Notes: generated from the sequence alone by a model not told the origin. A stretch of DNA of 64,000 nt from Longimicrobiales bacterium (GCA_965226375.1 CBDDCX010000008.1:32001-96000), one strand, 5' to 3'. Counted from the first letter of the stretch, positions 51,549 through 62,466 are shown. Numbers and translations: made by a program.

Positions 51549-53558
51549 ATGCTTATGGGTGCGTTTGCCCTGTTCAGCGGGCCCCTGGCCGGACAATATG
51601 CGCCGCCCAGTGTCGCCGACTCCCTTCAGTATCTGGAGGACGCCAAGGACGTTCAGGCTCGCTACGAGCGCTATCGAGAGCAGCGTACGCCCCCCGATCT
51701 CGCGGATCTGAGCGGTCGCTGTGATGACATCGTCGGACGCTTCTGCTCCCGATTCCCGGACCATATCGACGTGGACGAATGGCAGGCTCCCGAGGAGCTG
51801 CCGGAGCTCGAGTTGGCCCGGACCCGGGTGCTCAGGGACCTCGGCGAGATTGCCCAGAAGATTCCGGGGGACCTCTGGATTCTCGGTCAGCGGGTCTACT
51901 ACCTGACCGACATGGGCGCCGCATCCACCGCCGCCAATCTGGCCAGGAGGTGCGGAGGCCGAGCCCACTGGTGGTGCACCGCCCTGGCGGCCTACGTACA
52001 CCATACCCGGGGGCTGTGGACCGTGGCCGACGAGGTGTTCGAGCAGGCGCTGGCCGAGATGCCCCCGGATACGGCCGCCGAGTGGCGTACTCCAACACAT
52101 CTCCTCGACGAGTCTGCCTTGGAGATGTATGAGGACTCGGAGGATAAGCCTCTTGTGGAGCAGCGGCTCTGGTTGCTCGGCGATCCCCTCTATCTGGTCG
52201 AGGGCAACGATCGCAAGACGGAGCAGTACGCGCGGCAGGTGCTCGTGCGGATGCGAGCCGAGGCGATCAACGGCACGGGTCTGGATTGGGATGAGGATCT
52301 GGCGGAAATCACGCTCCGGTGGGGCGCTGTCGAGGCGTGGTCGCGTGAGCGTGACCTGCCGACCGGGGACTCGTTGGGAGATAGCCGACGCATGGTGAGC
52401 CACCGCCGAGGACAGGAGTTCCTTCCTCCGGCAGACGCGCTCGAGGATCCGTCGGGGGTGGTGGCCGGGTCCTGGGTCCTGGGGGATAGGGCGCGGATGG
52501 AGCTTCGGGAGAAGGCGGCCCTCGTGGATCCGCTCAACAGCGGTAGCATGCTGGACCAAGCGACTCAGGCCAACGAACTATTCGGCAATTCCACCGATCT
52601 CAACGCCATCTTCTACGATGGATTGATCAGGTCCGGACCGCGTACGGGCTACACGGCGCCATACGCGCGGCGATTCGGAATCCTCGAGACTCAGGTCGCG
52701 CGCTTCCGCCGTGGTGACTCGCTTCTCGTGGTTGCGGCGTTTGCCAGGAAGGCGGAAGAGAAGAAGAATCCCGCCGCCCCGCCGGCCGTCGCTCCTCGCA
52801 AGGAAGAGGGCCTGGACCTGAGGGCGGCCCGTAAAGAAAGTCGGTCGGACACACAGAGGCGCATGAACCCGTTCGGTGAGGTGCGTGAGGTGCCCGTGCC
52901 GTTCATGGCTCACGTGTCTGAGAGGAGCATCGAGTCGGGGCTGTTCCTGATCGATTCCGAGAGCGGCGAGCCGTTCGAGGTTCGAGGTGAGGGGACCGAG
53001 GGCTCGTTCCAGCTCAGGGTGCCCAATCGGCACTATATCGTGGGACTAGAGGCGTTCAGCCTCGGAGAAAAAAGGGCGTGGAGAGATCGCCACGGCCTCT
53101 GGCAGGATCCCCTGGTGCTTGGACTCGCGGCGATCTCCGACCTGCTGATCCTGCAGGGGGGTGGTGAGCTCCCGACCTCGTTGGACGAGGCCCTCCCCAC
53201 GGCGCTGCCCGCGGTCAGGATCGAAGAAGGTGATGCCTTCAAGGTGGCCTGGGAGCTCTATGGGCTGCGAGTAGGCGAGTCCGCGAGCGTACGGATCGGA
53301 GTCAACCGGGGTCGGAGTAGCATCGTCACTCGGCTGGGTGAGTTCCTGCGTGTCGTGGAGCCGAACGAGCCGGTGGTGATGACCTGGGAAGAGGCCGGCC
53401 CCGACGTCCTCGGAACGGTGTTTCGGGCGGTGGAGTTGAATCTGCCCGACCTGGAGCCTGGCGACTATACGCTCACGGTCGAGATCGAGCTTTCCGGTCG
53501 TGAGCCGATGATGGTGGCTCGGCCCATCACCATCGTGCCCAGATCTGAGGAACGGTAG
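51549..53558 (+). CDS. Exported hypothetical protein
   Basis: Long ORF with signal peptide and strong GC3 bias; start codon uncertain. Confidence 0.7.
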   Translation: MLMGAFALFSGPLAGQYAPPSVADSLQYLEDAKDVQARYERYREQRTPPDLADLSGRCDDIVGRFCSRFPDHIDVDEWQAPEELPELELARTRVLRDLGEIAQKIPGDLWILGQRVYYLTDMGAASTAANLARRCGGRAHWWCTALAAYVHHTRGLWTVADEVFEQALAEMPPDTAAEWRTPTHLLDESALEMYEDSEDKPLVEQRLWLLGDPLYLVEGNDRKTEQYARQVLVRMRAEAINGTGLDWDEDLAEITLRWGAVEAWSRERDLPTGDSLGDSRRMVSHRRGQEFLPPADALEDPSGVVAGSWVLGDRARMELREKAALVDPLNSGSMLDQATQANELFGNSTDLNAIFYDGLIRSGPRTGYTAPYARRFGILETQVARFRRGDSLLVVAAFARKAEEKKNPAAPPAVAPRKEEGLDLRAARKESRSDTQRRMNPFGEVREVPVPFMAHVSERSIESGLFLIDSESGEPFEVRGEGTEGSFQLRVPNRHYIVGLEAFSLGEKRAWRDRHGLWQDPLVLGLAAISDLLILQGGGELPTSLDEALPTALPAVRIEEGDAFKVAWELYGLRVGESASVRIGVNRGRSSIVTRLGEFLRVVEPNEPVVMTWEEAGPDVLGTVFRAVELNLPDLEPGDYTLTVEIELSGREPMMVARPITIVPRSEER

Positions 53559-53604
53559 TCCGAGTTGGCGCAACGACCCACAGACTCCGTACTGTAGCGG
53601 GGCA

Positions 53605-54453
53605 ATGACGCCAACGTCTCCGTTCAAGAGGATGTCCGCCGTGACCGTTACGCTCTCCCGCACAGCCGGCGGCATCGGCATGATCGCCATTCTTGTGGTT
53701 CTTTCAGGAGCCGTGCGTGCAGCCCTGCCAACCACTCCCGAGAGGCAGCAGGTGAAACCGAACGATATTGTGGAGCTCCTGAAGGGCGGCCAGTCCGTGT
53801 TCGGGGTCTTCTCCGGCGAGAAGACGCCCGAGCAGGGCGCCAGGATCATTGAGAATCGAGAGACCGACTTCGTGTTCTATTCTCTCGAGACCGGACCCTT
53901 CGATATCCCGGCCATGGAGTCATACATGCGCGGAATGGTGGATGCCGGCGGTGAGGACGCCCACCCCATCGTGCTCCGTATCCCGCCGATTCGCGACGGC
54001 CGAGAGGCGGCCCGAGAGCGGGTGGGACGAGGGCTCGATGCCTGGATAGACGGGATCGTCTTTCCGCACGTGGAAACCGCGGACGAAGCCGCGTTCGCCG
54101 TGAGCTCCATGGGAGACGACCTGTGGCCGTCGAATCCCGACGGGAGATTGCTCAACATTCTGCTCATCGAGGACCAGGTCGGGGTCGCGAACGCCCGTGA
54201 CATCGTCGCCACGCCGGGTGTGGGTGTCGTCATCCCCGGACCCGGGGACCTCCGACGCGCCTACGAGGGAGATGCCGAGGCCATTGAGGGCGCCATACAG
54301 ACGGTGGTCTCGGCCTGTAAGGAGTTCGACGTTCCGTGCGGTATCACGGCGGGGGCCGACGACATCGCGGAGCGCCTCGATCAAGGGTTCCGGCTCATTA
54401 TCGTGAATGGGGATGACGCCTTGGCTGTGGGGAGAGCGGCGGCGGGGCGTTGA
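53605..54453 (+). CDS. HpcH/HpaI aldolase/citrate lyase family protein
   Basis: Motifs RIPP, GIVFPHVET, LIED, GPGDL. Confidence 0.75.
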   Translation: MTPTSPFKRMSAVTVTLSRTAGGIGMIAILVVLSGAVRAALPTTPERQQVKPNDIVELLKGGQSVFGVFSGEKTPEQGARIIENRETDFVFYSLETGPFDIPAMESYMRGMVDAGGEDAHPIVLRIPPIRDGREAARERVGRGLDAWIDGIVFPHVETADEAAFAVSSMGDDLWPSNPDGRLLNILLIEDQVGVANARDIVATPGVGVVIPGPGDLRRAYEGDAEAIEGAIQTVVSACKEFDVPCGITAGADDIAERLDQGFRLIIVNGDDALAVGRAAAGR

Positions 54454-55346
54454 AGACTCTCTCCTTCGGCTGGATGATCCTCGGTGTAGCCGCCTGTCAG
54501 CCTGGGGATCCCGGCAGTGAGGGGGCGGCCGTAGTCCATAACGACTCCGACCTCGCCGGGGCCGCCGTCGAGCATGAGAACGTCATCATCGACCTCTGGG
54601 CCGAGAGAAAAGCGGCTTTCGGCATCTTCGTCCCCAATGAGCGGCCCCGCACCGAGGAACAGAGACGGAATGGAGAGCGACCGGCCCCTGTGTATACGCG
54701 GGAAGGCGGTGAGCGGCTGGCCCAGAATCCACTCTATGACTTCCTTTTTCTGAACCTGGAAGGTGGCTACGACGTCGCGGCCGTGAGTGCTCTTGTTGAG
54801 GGGCTCCGCGGTCCGAGTGCCGTGGGGCGCAAGACGCTCCTGGTGCGTATTCCTCCTCTCGAGAGGGACGGCGAAGAGGTCACGCGGGCCCGCGTGAGAG
54901 AGATCCTGGACCTCGGAGCAGACGGCGTCGTGTTCCCACACGTGCGGAGTGCGGAAGAGGCTCGGATCGTCGTGAGCTTCTTTGACGACGCCGGGGCGGA
55001 CGTGTGGTCGCCGGCGAATCCGTCGGGCGAGGTCCTGGCCATGATCATGGTCGAGGACCCTGCGGCGGTTGCGGCGGTCGAGGAGATTGCCGACACGCCG
55101 GGCTACAGCCTCCTGGCCTGCGGCATCGGGAGTTTGAGAGGAGCGCTCGACGGGGACCGAGAAGCGGCGGAGGCCGGCAACCAAAGGGTGCTTGCGCACG
55201 CCAGGAGGGTCGGCCTACCGGACATGATCACGGCGAATGCCGGCGATATCGAAAAGCGAATTCAGGAGGGCTTCCTGGGGCTCCTCATGCAGGGTGAGGA
55301 GGCCGACGAGGTGATACGGATCGGCCGCGCGGCCGTGGGCCGCTAG
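54450..55346 (+). CDS. HpcH/HpaI-family paralog, lipoprotein-like
   Basis: VAAC lipobox; motifs RIPP, GVVFPHV, MVED. Confidence 0.75.
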   Translation: MKTLSFGWMILGVAACQPGDPGSEGAAVVHNDSDLAGAAVEHENVIIDLWAERKAAFGIFVPNERPRTEEQRRNGERPAPVYTREGGERLAQNPLYDFLFLNLEGGYDVAAVSALVEGLRGPSAVGRKTLLVRIPPLERDGEEVTRARVREILDLGADGVVFPHVRSAEEARIVVSFFDDAGADVWSPANPSGEVLAMIMVEDPAAVAAVEEIADTPGYSLLACGIGSLRGALDGDREAAEAGNQRVLAHARRVGLPDMITANAGDIEKRIQEGFLGLLMQGEEADEVIRIGRAAVGR

Positions 55347-55387
55347 ACCTAGTTCTGTCGAGCCGTACGGATGGGGCGTCTAGCGGT

Positions 55388-55930
55388 CTAGCGGGTCCCC
55401 GTCGTATCGGCCGGCTCCGTGTTCGCCTCGACGTAGGCCGTGGCGAACTCCTCGACCTTCCACTTCAGAGCTTCCTGGAGAGCCGCCTGCGCGGTGGCGG
55501 CTTCTTCGACGCCCACACCCGTCGACCACCAGGTCACGGCTTCGGGCAGCGAGATCTGTGAGTCGCGCGTCATCTGGGCCGACTGTTGCACACGCACCGA
55601 TACGGAGTAAGCGACGGCGCTCGCCGCGTCCTCGCCCGCGGCGCACTCGAGAGTAACTCGCAGCTCCGGCAGAGCCGGATTCCTGAGCATCTCCCCCTCG
55701 GTGAGCAGGTCGACTTCGGCTTCGATGAGGATCGCCTCAGCCTCGGCCTGGACAACCTGGCGCGTCATTCCGAGGCTCTCGCACGTAGCGGCCTCGGTTC
55801 GGACAAACACGCCGCCGAGGTCCTCCAGGGTGTAGCGATTCCATACCGTGTCCTGCGCCACGACGTCCGTGGGGATCGACATCGCAGCCAGCCCCACGAG
55901 TGCGCCGAGCGCGTATACATACCATCTCAT
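55388..55930 (-). CDS. Exported hypothetical protein
   Basis: Signal peptide ending VA-Q. Confidence 0.65.
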   Translation of the reverse strand: MRWYVYALGALVGLAAMSIPTDVVAQDTVWNRYTLEDLGGVFVRTEAATCESLGMTRQVVQAEAEAILIEAEVDLLTEGEMLRNPALPELRVTLECAAGEDAASAVAYSVSVRVQQSAQMTRDSQISLPEAVTWWSTGVGVEEAATAQAALQEALKWKVEEFATAYVEANTEPADTTGTR

Positions 55931-55955
55931 GCTATTACTCCGAATTCGGTCAGTT

Positions 55956-57746
55956 CTATCTCGACGCACCGCCACAGGATTTGCACTGGTGATTGTTCTC
56001 CGAGCCTAACTTCTCCAGCAGGGCGATCGTGACGGGGTGCGGCTGTGCCCTCTGCTCAGGGCTGTTCGCCAGGTCGGCGGTGGTCTGGCCGCGACGGCTG
56101 ATCACATTGATGTCTGCTTCCTGGCTCATAAGGTACAGAATAGTCTCGTTGTCGCCTCGCGCCGCGGAGTTATGGAGGGCCGTGTAGCCGTCCTTGTCTC
56201 GCAGATTCGGATCGATTCCCAGCTCCTCGATCAGGTATTTCACAGCGGGCAGCCAACCGTCGGGGACGTGCCGGTGCGTTTGTGCGACGCGGGAGCTGCC
56301 GAAGCCCACTCCCGATGCGGCGTGCAGGGCGTGGGTGCCAGGGCCACCGTGAGGCACGGGCGGCAGTCCCGATGGATCAATTGGCTCCGGTTCGTTGTTG
56401 GCCGGGTTGGTCGGTATGTCCGGGTCCACGCGACGGGGACGCGGGAGGTTGTAGGTCCAGATGTTCGGGTCGGCGCCGTTGGCCATGAGCAGCTGCATGG
56501 CCTTCACGTCGGCCGCGTAGGCGGCGCGCCAGAACGGGGTGGCACCCGCAAAATCCACGCCCATCCGTCCGGCGTTGTACGCCGCGTACCAGATGTGTGT
56601 GGTGACTCTGGCATCCGGATTGGCCCCGGCCCGGAGCAGCAACTCCATCAAGTCGAGATAGGTGGTCTCCTGTTGGCGAAACGCCTGGGGCTGCGGGTAC
56701 CATGTCCGGAGCGACCACTCGATGTTGAGCGTCGCGAACAGCGGCGCGGCACCGTCGTCACTGACCAGGTTGGGGTCCGCTCCAGCCTCTAGGAGATCCT
56801 TTGCCAGATCGTAGTTCCCGTTGATCACGGCGACGAGCATAGGGCTCGACTCGTCCCCGGCCGTCACCTGATTGACGACGGCTCCAGCGTCGAGGAGGAG
56901 GCGTGCAGCCTCCCTGTGCCCTTCTCGAGCGGCGAAATGCAGCGCGGTGAATCCGCCCTGTAGACCGATCTGCTCGTTGGAGGACAGCAGCTTCGGCAGT
57001 TTGGGCTCCGTCGGTTCCTCGGCAGGGGCCGAGCGACTCTGCTGACCGCTCCGCGGTTCCTCCTCCTCGGCATCCGGGTCGGGTTCCTCGGCCGCCTTGC
57101 GGACCCGGGCACGCTGAGCGCGTTCGGCCGTGGCCTGTTCTGCGATCTCGACATAGTCCTTCACTGCGGTGGTGGCGGAGAGATCGGCTCCGGCGTCCAA
57201 GAGGGCCTGCATTGCGCGGAGGGAGTTTCGGACCGACGCGAACATCAGGGGCGAACGACTCGAGAAGGCGTCTTCGGCGTTCACGTCCGCTCCGTGCTCG
57301 CTCAACGCCCGCACGGCTTCGGCGGCATCAGCCTCGGCGGCGAAGTGCAGCGCGGTGACGCCCGTGGTCGTGTACTCGTCAGGATCGGCGCCCGCTTCGA
57401 GCAGCGCACGTACGATCACGTCGTGACCCGCACGGCTGGCCAGATGTAGGGGGGTATACCCTCCCACCCGCGTCACGGGCTTCACCGTCGCGCCTGCGTA
57501 GAGCAGGACCTGTGTTATGTCCAACTCGTTGTTGAGGGCCGCCCAGTGGAGCGCCGTGAGTCCGTCCATCTGGGCCGCATTGGGGTCGGCCCCTTGCCGC
57601 AGCAACGTGCGCACCGCTTCTGCGTCTCCCCGCTGGGCTGCGTCGGCGACAGGGGCTTCTGCCGGAGTGGCCCCGGCGAGCACCGTGAGGCTCAGTGCCA
57701 CGATCGACCCTAACCGAAGGCCGGCCTTCTTTCTCTCTACCAGCAT
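55956..57746 (-). CDS. Ankyrin-repeat protein
   Basis: Repeated G.TALH.AA and GADPN motifs. Confidence 0.9.
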   Translation of the reverse strand: MLVERKKAGLRLGSIVALSLTVLAGATPAEAPVADAAQRGDAEAVRTLLRQGADPNAAQMDGLTALHWAALNNELDITQVLLYAGATVKPVTRVGGYTPLHLASRAGHDVIVRALLEAGADPDEYTTTGVTALHFAAEADAAEAVRALSEHGADVNAEDAFSSRSPLMFASVRNSLRAMQALLDAGADLSATTAVKDYVEIAEQATAERAQRARVRKAAEEPDPDAEEEEPRSGQQSRSAPAEEPTEPKLPKLLSSNEQIGLQGGFTALHFAAREGHREAARLLLDAGAVVNQVTAGDESSPMLVAVINGNYDLAKDLLEAGADPNLVSDDGAAPLFATLNIEWSLRTWYPQPQAFRQQETTYLDLMELLLRAGANPDARVTTHIWYAAYNAGRMGVDFAGATPFWRAAYAADVKAMQLLMANGADPNIWTYNLPRPRRVDPDIPTNPANNEPEPIDPSGLPPVPHGGPGTHALHAASGVGFGSSRVAQTHRHVPDGWLPAVKYLIEELGIDPNLRDKDGYTALHNSAARGDNETILYLMSQEADINVISRRGQTTADLANSPEQRAQPHPVTIALLEKLGSENNHQCKSCGGASR

Positions 57747-57837
57747 GTCGCGCTCCCTCGAACGCAATATGCGTTCGGTCGTGTCCAGTGACGGAGCCCC
57801 GAAATCTTGGTGGCTCGTGCCCTCAGGATACAGTGCA

Positions 57838-59226
57838 CTAGATGGAGAACGTCCCCGTGCTGTTCCCGAACTTCTCCAGGTCGTTCGCACCGAGCTTGTG
57901 CAGCATGTCGAGCATCACGTTCGCCATCGGGGTGCCTATGGGCGCCTTGATGTGTTGCCCGCCCGCCAGTTGCCCGTTCGCGCCGCCCACGACGAACAGG
58001 GGGCAGCGGATATGGTTGTGGAGGTTACTGTCGGCCATGGCAGAGCCGTACACGATCATCGTTTTGTCCAGGAGGTTCGCGTCGCCCTCCATGGTGTTCT
58101 CGAGCTTATCCAAGAAGTACGGCAGCATGGAAACGTGGTACGCGTTGATCGCTGCGAAGTCCTTCACCCGGTCCTCCCGACTTCCGTGGTGCGACGCCGA
58201 GTGGAAGGGCGTGCTGACCCCGCTCTCGGCAAAGACTCGGGGCGACGCGTCCCGCCCCATTTTCAGTGTGAAGACACGGGTAGTGTCCGAAACGAACGCG
58301 AGCACCTGCAGGTCGAACATCAACTGCATGTGCTCGGCGAAGTCATCCGGAACCCCGACCGGGGCCTCGGGAATTTCCCGCACCTCGCCACTCGCGTTTT
58401 GAGTCTCGATCCGCTGGATGCGCTGCTCCAGCTCGCGGATGTTCTCCGTGTAGCGGTCGAGGCGCTGGCGGTCTGCGGGACCCAGTTCGCGCTGTAGGGC
58501 CGAGATCTCCTCGAGCATCCAGTCGAGAATGCTCCGATCGGCCCGGCGGCGCTGAGCGCGCTGCTCGGGAGTGCCACCGGCGCCGAACAGCATCTCGAAT
58601 ACGGCTCGGGGGTCCCGCACCATGGGGAGCGGCTCGCCCGGGGCTGACCAGCTGATCGTATCCGTGTATGCGCACGCATATCCGTAGGCGCATCCGCCGG
58701 CTTGGTCCACGTTCTCGATCGAGAGCTGCACTGAAGGAATCGGCGTGTCCTGCCCGAGGCGCTGCACGTAGAGCTGGTCCATGGACGTTCCGATGTGGAC
58801 GTCGGACCCCTCGGTCTGCTTGGGATGCGCCTGCGTCAAGAACACCGCGCTCGTCCGGAAGTGGTCCCCTCCGATCTCCTGCGGGGAGAAGGCGTCCGCC
58901 ATTCTCGAGTCCGTGTCGCTGACAATGGTCAGGTAGTCGCGGAAGGGCTCGAGGGAGCGTAGGCTCGTCGGTGAGAGGTCGAAGTCACTCCCTGTGGCCT
59001 TCGGTGACCAGAGGTTCATGGATTCGCCGAGCTCGTTGCAGCCGGCGGCTCCGTGCACCTGTTCGATGCAGACCAAACGGGTGCGCTCCGACGCGACCAC
59101 GGCGGGCGATGACGCCCATGACCGTTTGGCCGGGATCATCGCATCGAGAAGCGGGAGGCCGAGAGAAGCGCCCATACCGCGTAGCAGCGCCCGCCGTGAG
59201 ATATGTCTTCCGGTGATGAACTCCAT
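57838..59226 (-). CDS. DUF1552-family protein
   Basis: SRRALLRG..LPLLDAM leader; SHH and H.H motifs. Confidence 0.85.
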   Translation of the reverse strand: MEFITGRHISRRALLRGMGASLGLPLLDAMIPAKRSWASSPAVVASERTRLVCIEQVHGAAGCNELGESMNLWSPKATGSDFDLSPTSLRSLEPFRDYLTIVSDTDSRMADAFSPQEIGGDHFRTSAVFLTQAHPKQTEGSDVHIGTSMDQLYVQRLGQDTPIPSVQLSIENVDQAGGCAYGYACAYTDTISWSAPGEPLPMVRDPRAVFEMLFGAGGTPEQRAQRRRADRSILDWMLEEISALQRELGPADRQRLDRYTENIRELEQRIQRIETQNASGEVREIPEAPVGVPDDFAEHMQLMFDLQVLAFVSDTTRVFTLKMGRDASPRVFAESGVSTPFHSASHHGSREDRVKDFAAINAYHVSMLPYFLDKLENTMEGDANLLDKTMIVYGSAMADSNLHNHIRCPLFVVGGANGQLAGGQHIKAPIGTPMANVMLDMLHKLGANDLEKFGNSTGTFSI

Positions 59227-59287
59227 CTTTCCAACCTCGCTCGAGAATGCTCTGGTTCAACTTCCGCTCTGGTCCCGCTCAGCTGCC

Positions 59288-61807
59288 CTATAGGCCGGCT
59301 GACGTCTCCTCCTCTTCCACCCTCGTCGTCTGGAAGGCCGGGCTGTTCACGACCCCTATCACGAACGAAGAGAAGTGGTAATCGTTTTCTGCGGCGTCAC
59401 GTGTGATCGTACGAACCGTAGGCAAGTCGAAGTATTCGACTCGCCGGCCCAATCCGTAGGCCATCAGGTTGGTGGCGAAGATCCGGTAAAAGACCTCCGG
59501 ACGGCTCAGGAGCGCCGCCCTCAGGTCGGCCGGGCCGCGTAGGGGTGTGCCGTCGTATAGCTCTCCCACCGGATCGATCAGATTTCCCTCGTCGCGGATC
59601 CGCCATGCGCCCGTCACGTCGAAGTTCTCGAGAGCGAGGCCAATGGGGTCGATGACCCGATGGCACGCCATGCAGACCGGGTTCGACCGGTGTAGCTCCA
59701 TACGCTCACGTACCGTGAGGAAGCGCCCGTCCGTGTCTTCGTCAGTCTCTTCGAACGCCGGGACGTCGGGCGGAGGTGGAGGGGGTGGGGTCCCCAGCAG
59801 CACCTCCAGCACCCACTTGCCGCGCAGGACCGGTGAGGTCCGTGCGGCGTGTGACGTCATGGCCAGGATGCTTCCGTGCCCCAGAATGCCCCGCCGGGTG
59901 TCATCCGGATAGGAGATTCTCTGGAACTCCGGCCCCGTGATGCCCGGGATGCCGTAGTGCCGTGCCAGACGCTCGTTGACGAACGTGTAGTCCGCGGTCA
60001 TCAACTCGAGAACGCTTCTGTCTTCGCGGATGAGGTGCGAGAACAGCAATTCGGTCTCACGTCGCATGGCTTCTGCGAGCGTATCGTCGAAGTAAGGGTA
60101 CGACAGCGCATCCGGGTGGAGCTTGTCCAGATCCTGGAGCCGCAACCACTGGCCTCCAAAGCGGCTGGCCAGGGCCTCCTGTGCACGGGGGTCGGCCAGC
60201 ATCCGGCGCGCCTGACGCTCGAGCTCACCCGGGCTCGAGAGCTCTCCACGATCCGCAAGGCCGATCAGCTGGCGATCAGGCGGAGCTCCCCAGAGGAAGA
60301 AGGACAGCCGTGACGCCAGGTCGATGTCGTTGATCCGATGGACCTCACCCGCCATCGCCCCACTCGGCCTCTCTTCCATCCGGAAGAGGAAGTGCGGGCT
60401 GGCCAGCATCGCCTGAAGCGCCATACGGATGCCGCCCTCGAAGCCGTCGTCGGCAGCGGCCCCGTCGTAGAAGGCCATGAGCCCTCGAAGGTCGGTCTCG
60501 TCGAGAGGCCGACGGTACGCCTCAGCGCCCAGGCGGGAGATGATGCTCTCGGCGCAGGGACGGGCCTCTTCAGCCGAAATCGGTCGGCAACTGAACACCC
60601 TCTGTCGGGTCGGCGTGTCCGAGACACCCGTGACCTCGTACGGCCCCAGGATCGTGAGCCGCTGCAGGTGGGGGATTGTCGTGACCCCGTAGCCGATGCC
60701 GATCTGCCCGTCAGCCAGGGTGTGGTCGATGGGTCGGATCAGGTCGTCCACCTCACCTTCGAACGTGCGCAGGAAGGCCGCCGTGATCCTCTTGGGGCCC
60801 GCGGTCACGTAGATGGAGTCCGTCCTCATGTTCAGGCCACTGGGCTCCGACTCGTGCATCCACCTGTCAACGGTCATGAGCGCGACGCGGGCTCCGTCGA
60901 CCGAGACCTCGATCTGAACGTTCCCGAACGTTCGTCCGAAGACCTCCCCTTCCACCGCCGGATACGGCTGGATGTGAAAGACGTATTTGCCGTCGGCGGG
61001 GAAGTTGTGAATCACGGAGACCCCACCGCGGGTGCCGAAGGGGGCTCCTTCGACACGGTCCTTCTGAGAGGCGGTCCGCGGGATCCGGTACCGCGTCGAG
61101 TTCGGCTCGGCGTCGGGGTCTCCCAACGCGATCCGACTGATGTGGTTGGCCGCCCGCAGGTAGCCTTCCATCACAGTTGCCGACGGCATCTGAACGTCCG
61201 CGATGTTGTCGAAGTTGGCACTCTTGGTGTCGAGCGGAAGGAAGGTGCCAACGTCGATCTCCAGTCCCAGGAGATCCTGGACGGAGCTGGCGTACTCGGC
61301 GCGGTTGAGGCGCTGGAACGTTCTCCACCCGGGATTGGGATTCTGAGCGGCGGCCTCATCGATGCGGGTCTCGAGCTCCTCGACCAGCATCATGAGGGTG
61401 TCACCACCGGGTCGTGGCATTCCGGCCGGTGGCATCATCCCGGCGCGGAGCTTTCGAATCATCTTCTCGGCTGTTTCGGCCATTTCGGGGGCTTTCTCGA
61501 CCTCGAAACCGATCAGCGACAGGTTCCCCGTGAGCAACGCATCGTTGTGACAGGCCATGCAATACCGCTGGACCATCAACGTGAGCTCTTCGGGCGTAGC
61601 CGTGGGCGCGCCGTCGCCCGTGCCGTGCAGGGCGGACGGGACCATCGGGAGGATCGCGGACAGGACGGTCGCTGCCGGCAGGATGGTCCGGTGGGTCGCC
61701 AGAGGGCGCAACACCGTGTCGTTTCCGGCGACCCCGGCGTCCGCGGTCTGCCCTACGAGCACCAGCAGGATACCGAGCGCTGCCAGTGCGGCACTAAGTG
61801 CTCTCAT
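59288..61807 (-). CDS. DUF1592/1588/1587/1595/1585 protein with two CxxCH motifs
   Basis: CMACH twice; motifs RLNRAEY, LASRLSFFLW, TSPVLRGKW. Confidence 0.9.
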   Translation of the reverse strand: MRALSAALAALGILLVLVGQTADAGVAGNDTVLRPLATHRTILPAATVLSAILPMVPSALHGTGDGAPTATPEELTLMVQRYCMACHNDALLTGNLSLIGFEVEKAPEMAETAEKMIRKLRAGMMPPAGMPRPGGDTLMMLVEELETRIDEAAAQNPNPGWRTFQRLNRAEYASSVQDLLGLEIDVGTFLPLDTKSANFDNIADVQMPSATVMEGYLRAANHISRIALGDPDAEPNSTRYRIPRTASQKDRVEGAPFGTRGGVSVIHNFPADGKYVFHIQPYPAVEGEVFGRTFGNVQIEVSVDGARVALMTVDRWMHESEPSGLNMRTDSIYVTAGPKRITAAFLRTFEGEVDDLIRPIDHTLADGQIGIGYGVTTIPHLQRLTILGPYEVTGVSDTPTRQRVFSCRPISAEEARPCAESIISRLGAEAYRRPLDETDLRGLMAFYDGAAADDGFEGGIRMALQAMLASPHFLFRMEERPSGAMAGEVHRINDIDLASRLSFFLWGAPPDRQLIGLADRGELSSPGELERQARRMLADPRAQEALASRFGGQWLRLQDLDKLHPDALSYPYFDDTLAEAMRRETELLFSHLIREDRSVLELMTADYTFVNERLARHYGIPGITGPEFQRISYPDDTRRGILGHGSILAMTSHAARTSPVLRGKWVLEVLLGTPPPPPPPDVPAFEETDEDTDGRFLTVRERMELHRSNPVCMACHRVIDPIGLALENFDVTGAWRIRDEGNLIDPVGELYDGTPLRGPADLRAALLSRPEVFYRIFATNLMAYGLGRRVEYFDLPTVRTITRDAAENDYHFSSFVIGVVNSPAFQTTRVEEEETSAGL

Positions 61808-62088
61808 TCTCGCCTCACGCTGTACGACTGAATCTCCGGGAGGAGCCCTTTTCTTTAAGGAAACCCTAAGCCGGAATTTCTTGAAGAATAGCGCCGATTT
61901 CGGCGTTTTGGCCAGTCCGTAGCCGAGATTTGGTGTAGGGGCTGGACCCGTCTCGTCTCCGGGCGCCGCTCGGTCGTAAAGTTGGCCTGTTGGCCGGCCC
62001 GACGTGTTTCGTTGCCCTAATCTGTCCAAGGGGTTGAATCCTGCCGAAAGCGAACCCCGCGACGGCTCTCGCCATCACGGGGTTCCCA

Positions 62089-62466
62089 CTACGCTTCACC
62101 CGACAGCTTGCCGTAGACCATTCCCACCGCCGCCCAGCCGACGAGGAGGAGTACGGCGCTCGCTCCTGCCGCTGCGATTCCACGTGTGCCATTCATCACG
62201 TAGAAAACGTCCACCAAGAGAATCTGCGAGATAGCGACGATCAGGCCTGACTTTACCGGGTTCTGTACGGCCACGTTTACCCAATCGAAGAATAGGACGA
62301 GCAGAACCGAGACGACCGCCAACGAGGCCCAGCCCGGCATCATGGCGCCGGTGGGGGCGTCGTTCGCATTGATTGGGCCGAAGAAATACATGAGCCCGAG
62401 TAGGAAGATGACGTACGCCGTGACCAACGCACCTAGAAGAGGCTTCAGTCTTGCGCTCATAAACAT
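62089..62466 (-). CDS. Four-TM membrane protein
   Basis: Four hydrophobic segments; RBS GGAG. Confidence 0.65.
   Translation of the reverse strand: MFMSARLKPLLGALVTAYVIFLLGLMYFFGPINANDAPTGAMMPGWASLAVVSVLLVLFFDWVNVAVQNPVKSGLIVAISQILLVDVFYVMNGTRGIAAAGASAVLLLVGWAAVGMVYGKLSGEA

Noticed and set aside
33094..61831. Long antisense ORFs (e.g. 33094..34617, 60338..61831)
   Set aside because: Shadow ORFs expected opposite real genes in high-GC DNA; no recognisable motifs.
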